NCBI GenBank assembly: GCA_046052505.1
Contig: JBJOMF010000153.1
Location: 1-47,311 of the forward strand
Direction: 5' to 3'
From: Bacteroidota bacterium
Lineage (GTDB): Bacteria; Bacteroidota; Bacteroidia; Chitinophagales; Chitinophagaceae
Length of the DNA stretch: 47,311 nucleotides
Shown: positions 47,138-47,311 of the stretch, in pieces
Layout: each line of letters begins with the position of its first letter
Position numbering within the stretch: the first letter of the stretch is position 1
Notes under the pieces: model-generated
The model's database searches: none
Told to the model about the DNA's origin: nothing
Seen by the model: the letters and a program-made list of their open reading frames with translations, nothing else
Program-made: the position numbers and the translations under genes

Positions 47138-47311
47138 CTATTAGAAGGGTTTTCCAAATCGGTTATTACCGATTTTTCATGAATCCCCTGATCAGTGGGT
47201 GGGGTGTCCGTATTCCTACGTAGCGATCCTCCGTTAAAGTATGTGAATATCGAAAAGGATGATCCAGATCTTTGGTACGGGGTATCGGGGGGTCGTATGT
47301 TTGTATCAGCA

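Noticed and set aside
1-47311. tRNA, rRNA, CRISPR arrays, transposases, integrases or prophage genes
   Set aside because: None recognised; nearly all sequence is accounted for by CDSs and short intergenic regions

Overview
This is a 47.3 kb gene-dense bacterial chromosome segment. It is most consistent with Bacteroidota, probably Chitinophagaceae-like. Support: TAnnTTTG-type -7 promoter boxes, signal peptides cleaved before Gln, a Rho with an N-terminal insertion, an IPExxxVDY-like protein and a PadR-PspC pair. About 44 CDSs are supported. Housekeeping genes include gcvT, asnS, rho, nadD, ybeY, mnmG, ssb and feoA/feoB. A selenium/tRNA locus has mnmH interrupted by one in-frame TAG, plus a Cys-type selD. 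There is a pseudouridine salvage pair (psuK-psuG) and a formate operon (mobA-fhs-fdhD-hyp-NuoEF-like-FDH alpha). Two parS-like sites lie between ybeY and mnmG, suggesting the window is near the origin. The strongest candidate for an undescribed system is a four-gene minus-strand cluster at 29269-33396: a stand-alone SET methyltransferase, a Ddl-like ATP-grasp ligase, an ATP-grasp::SET fusion and an orphan ABC-type transmembrane protein. It may make and export a methylated peptide or amide. The second candidate is a small secreted protein (4528-4917) ending in a 23-residue tail with 12 Tyr, 3 Trp and 4 Cys. I recognised no rRNA, tRNA, CRISPR array or mobile element. All calls come from motif recognition by eye; no searches were run.
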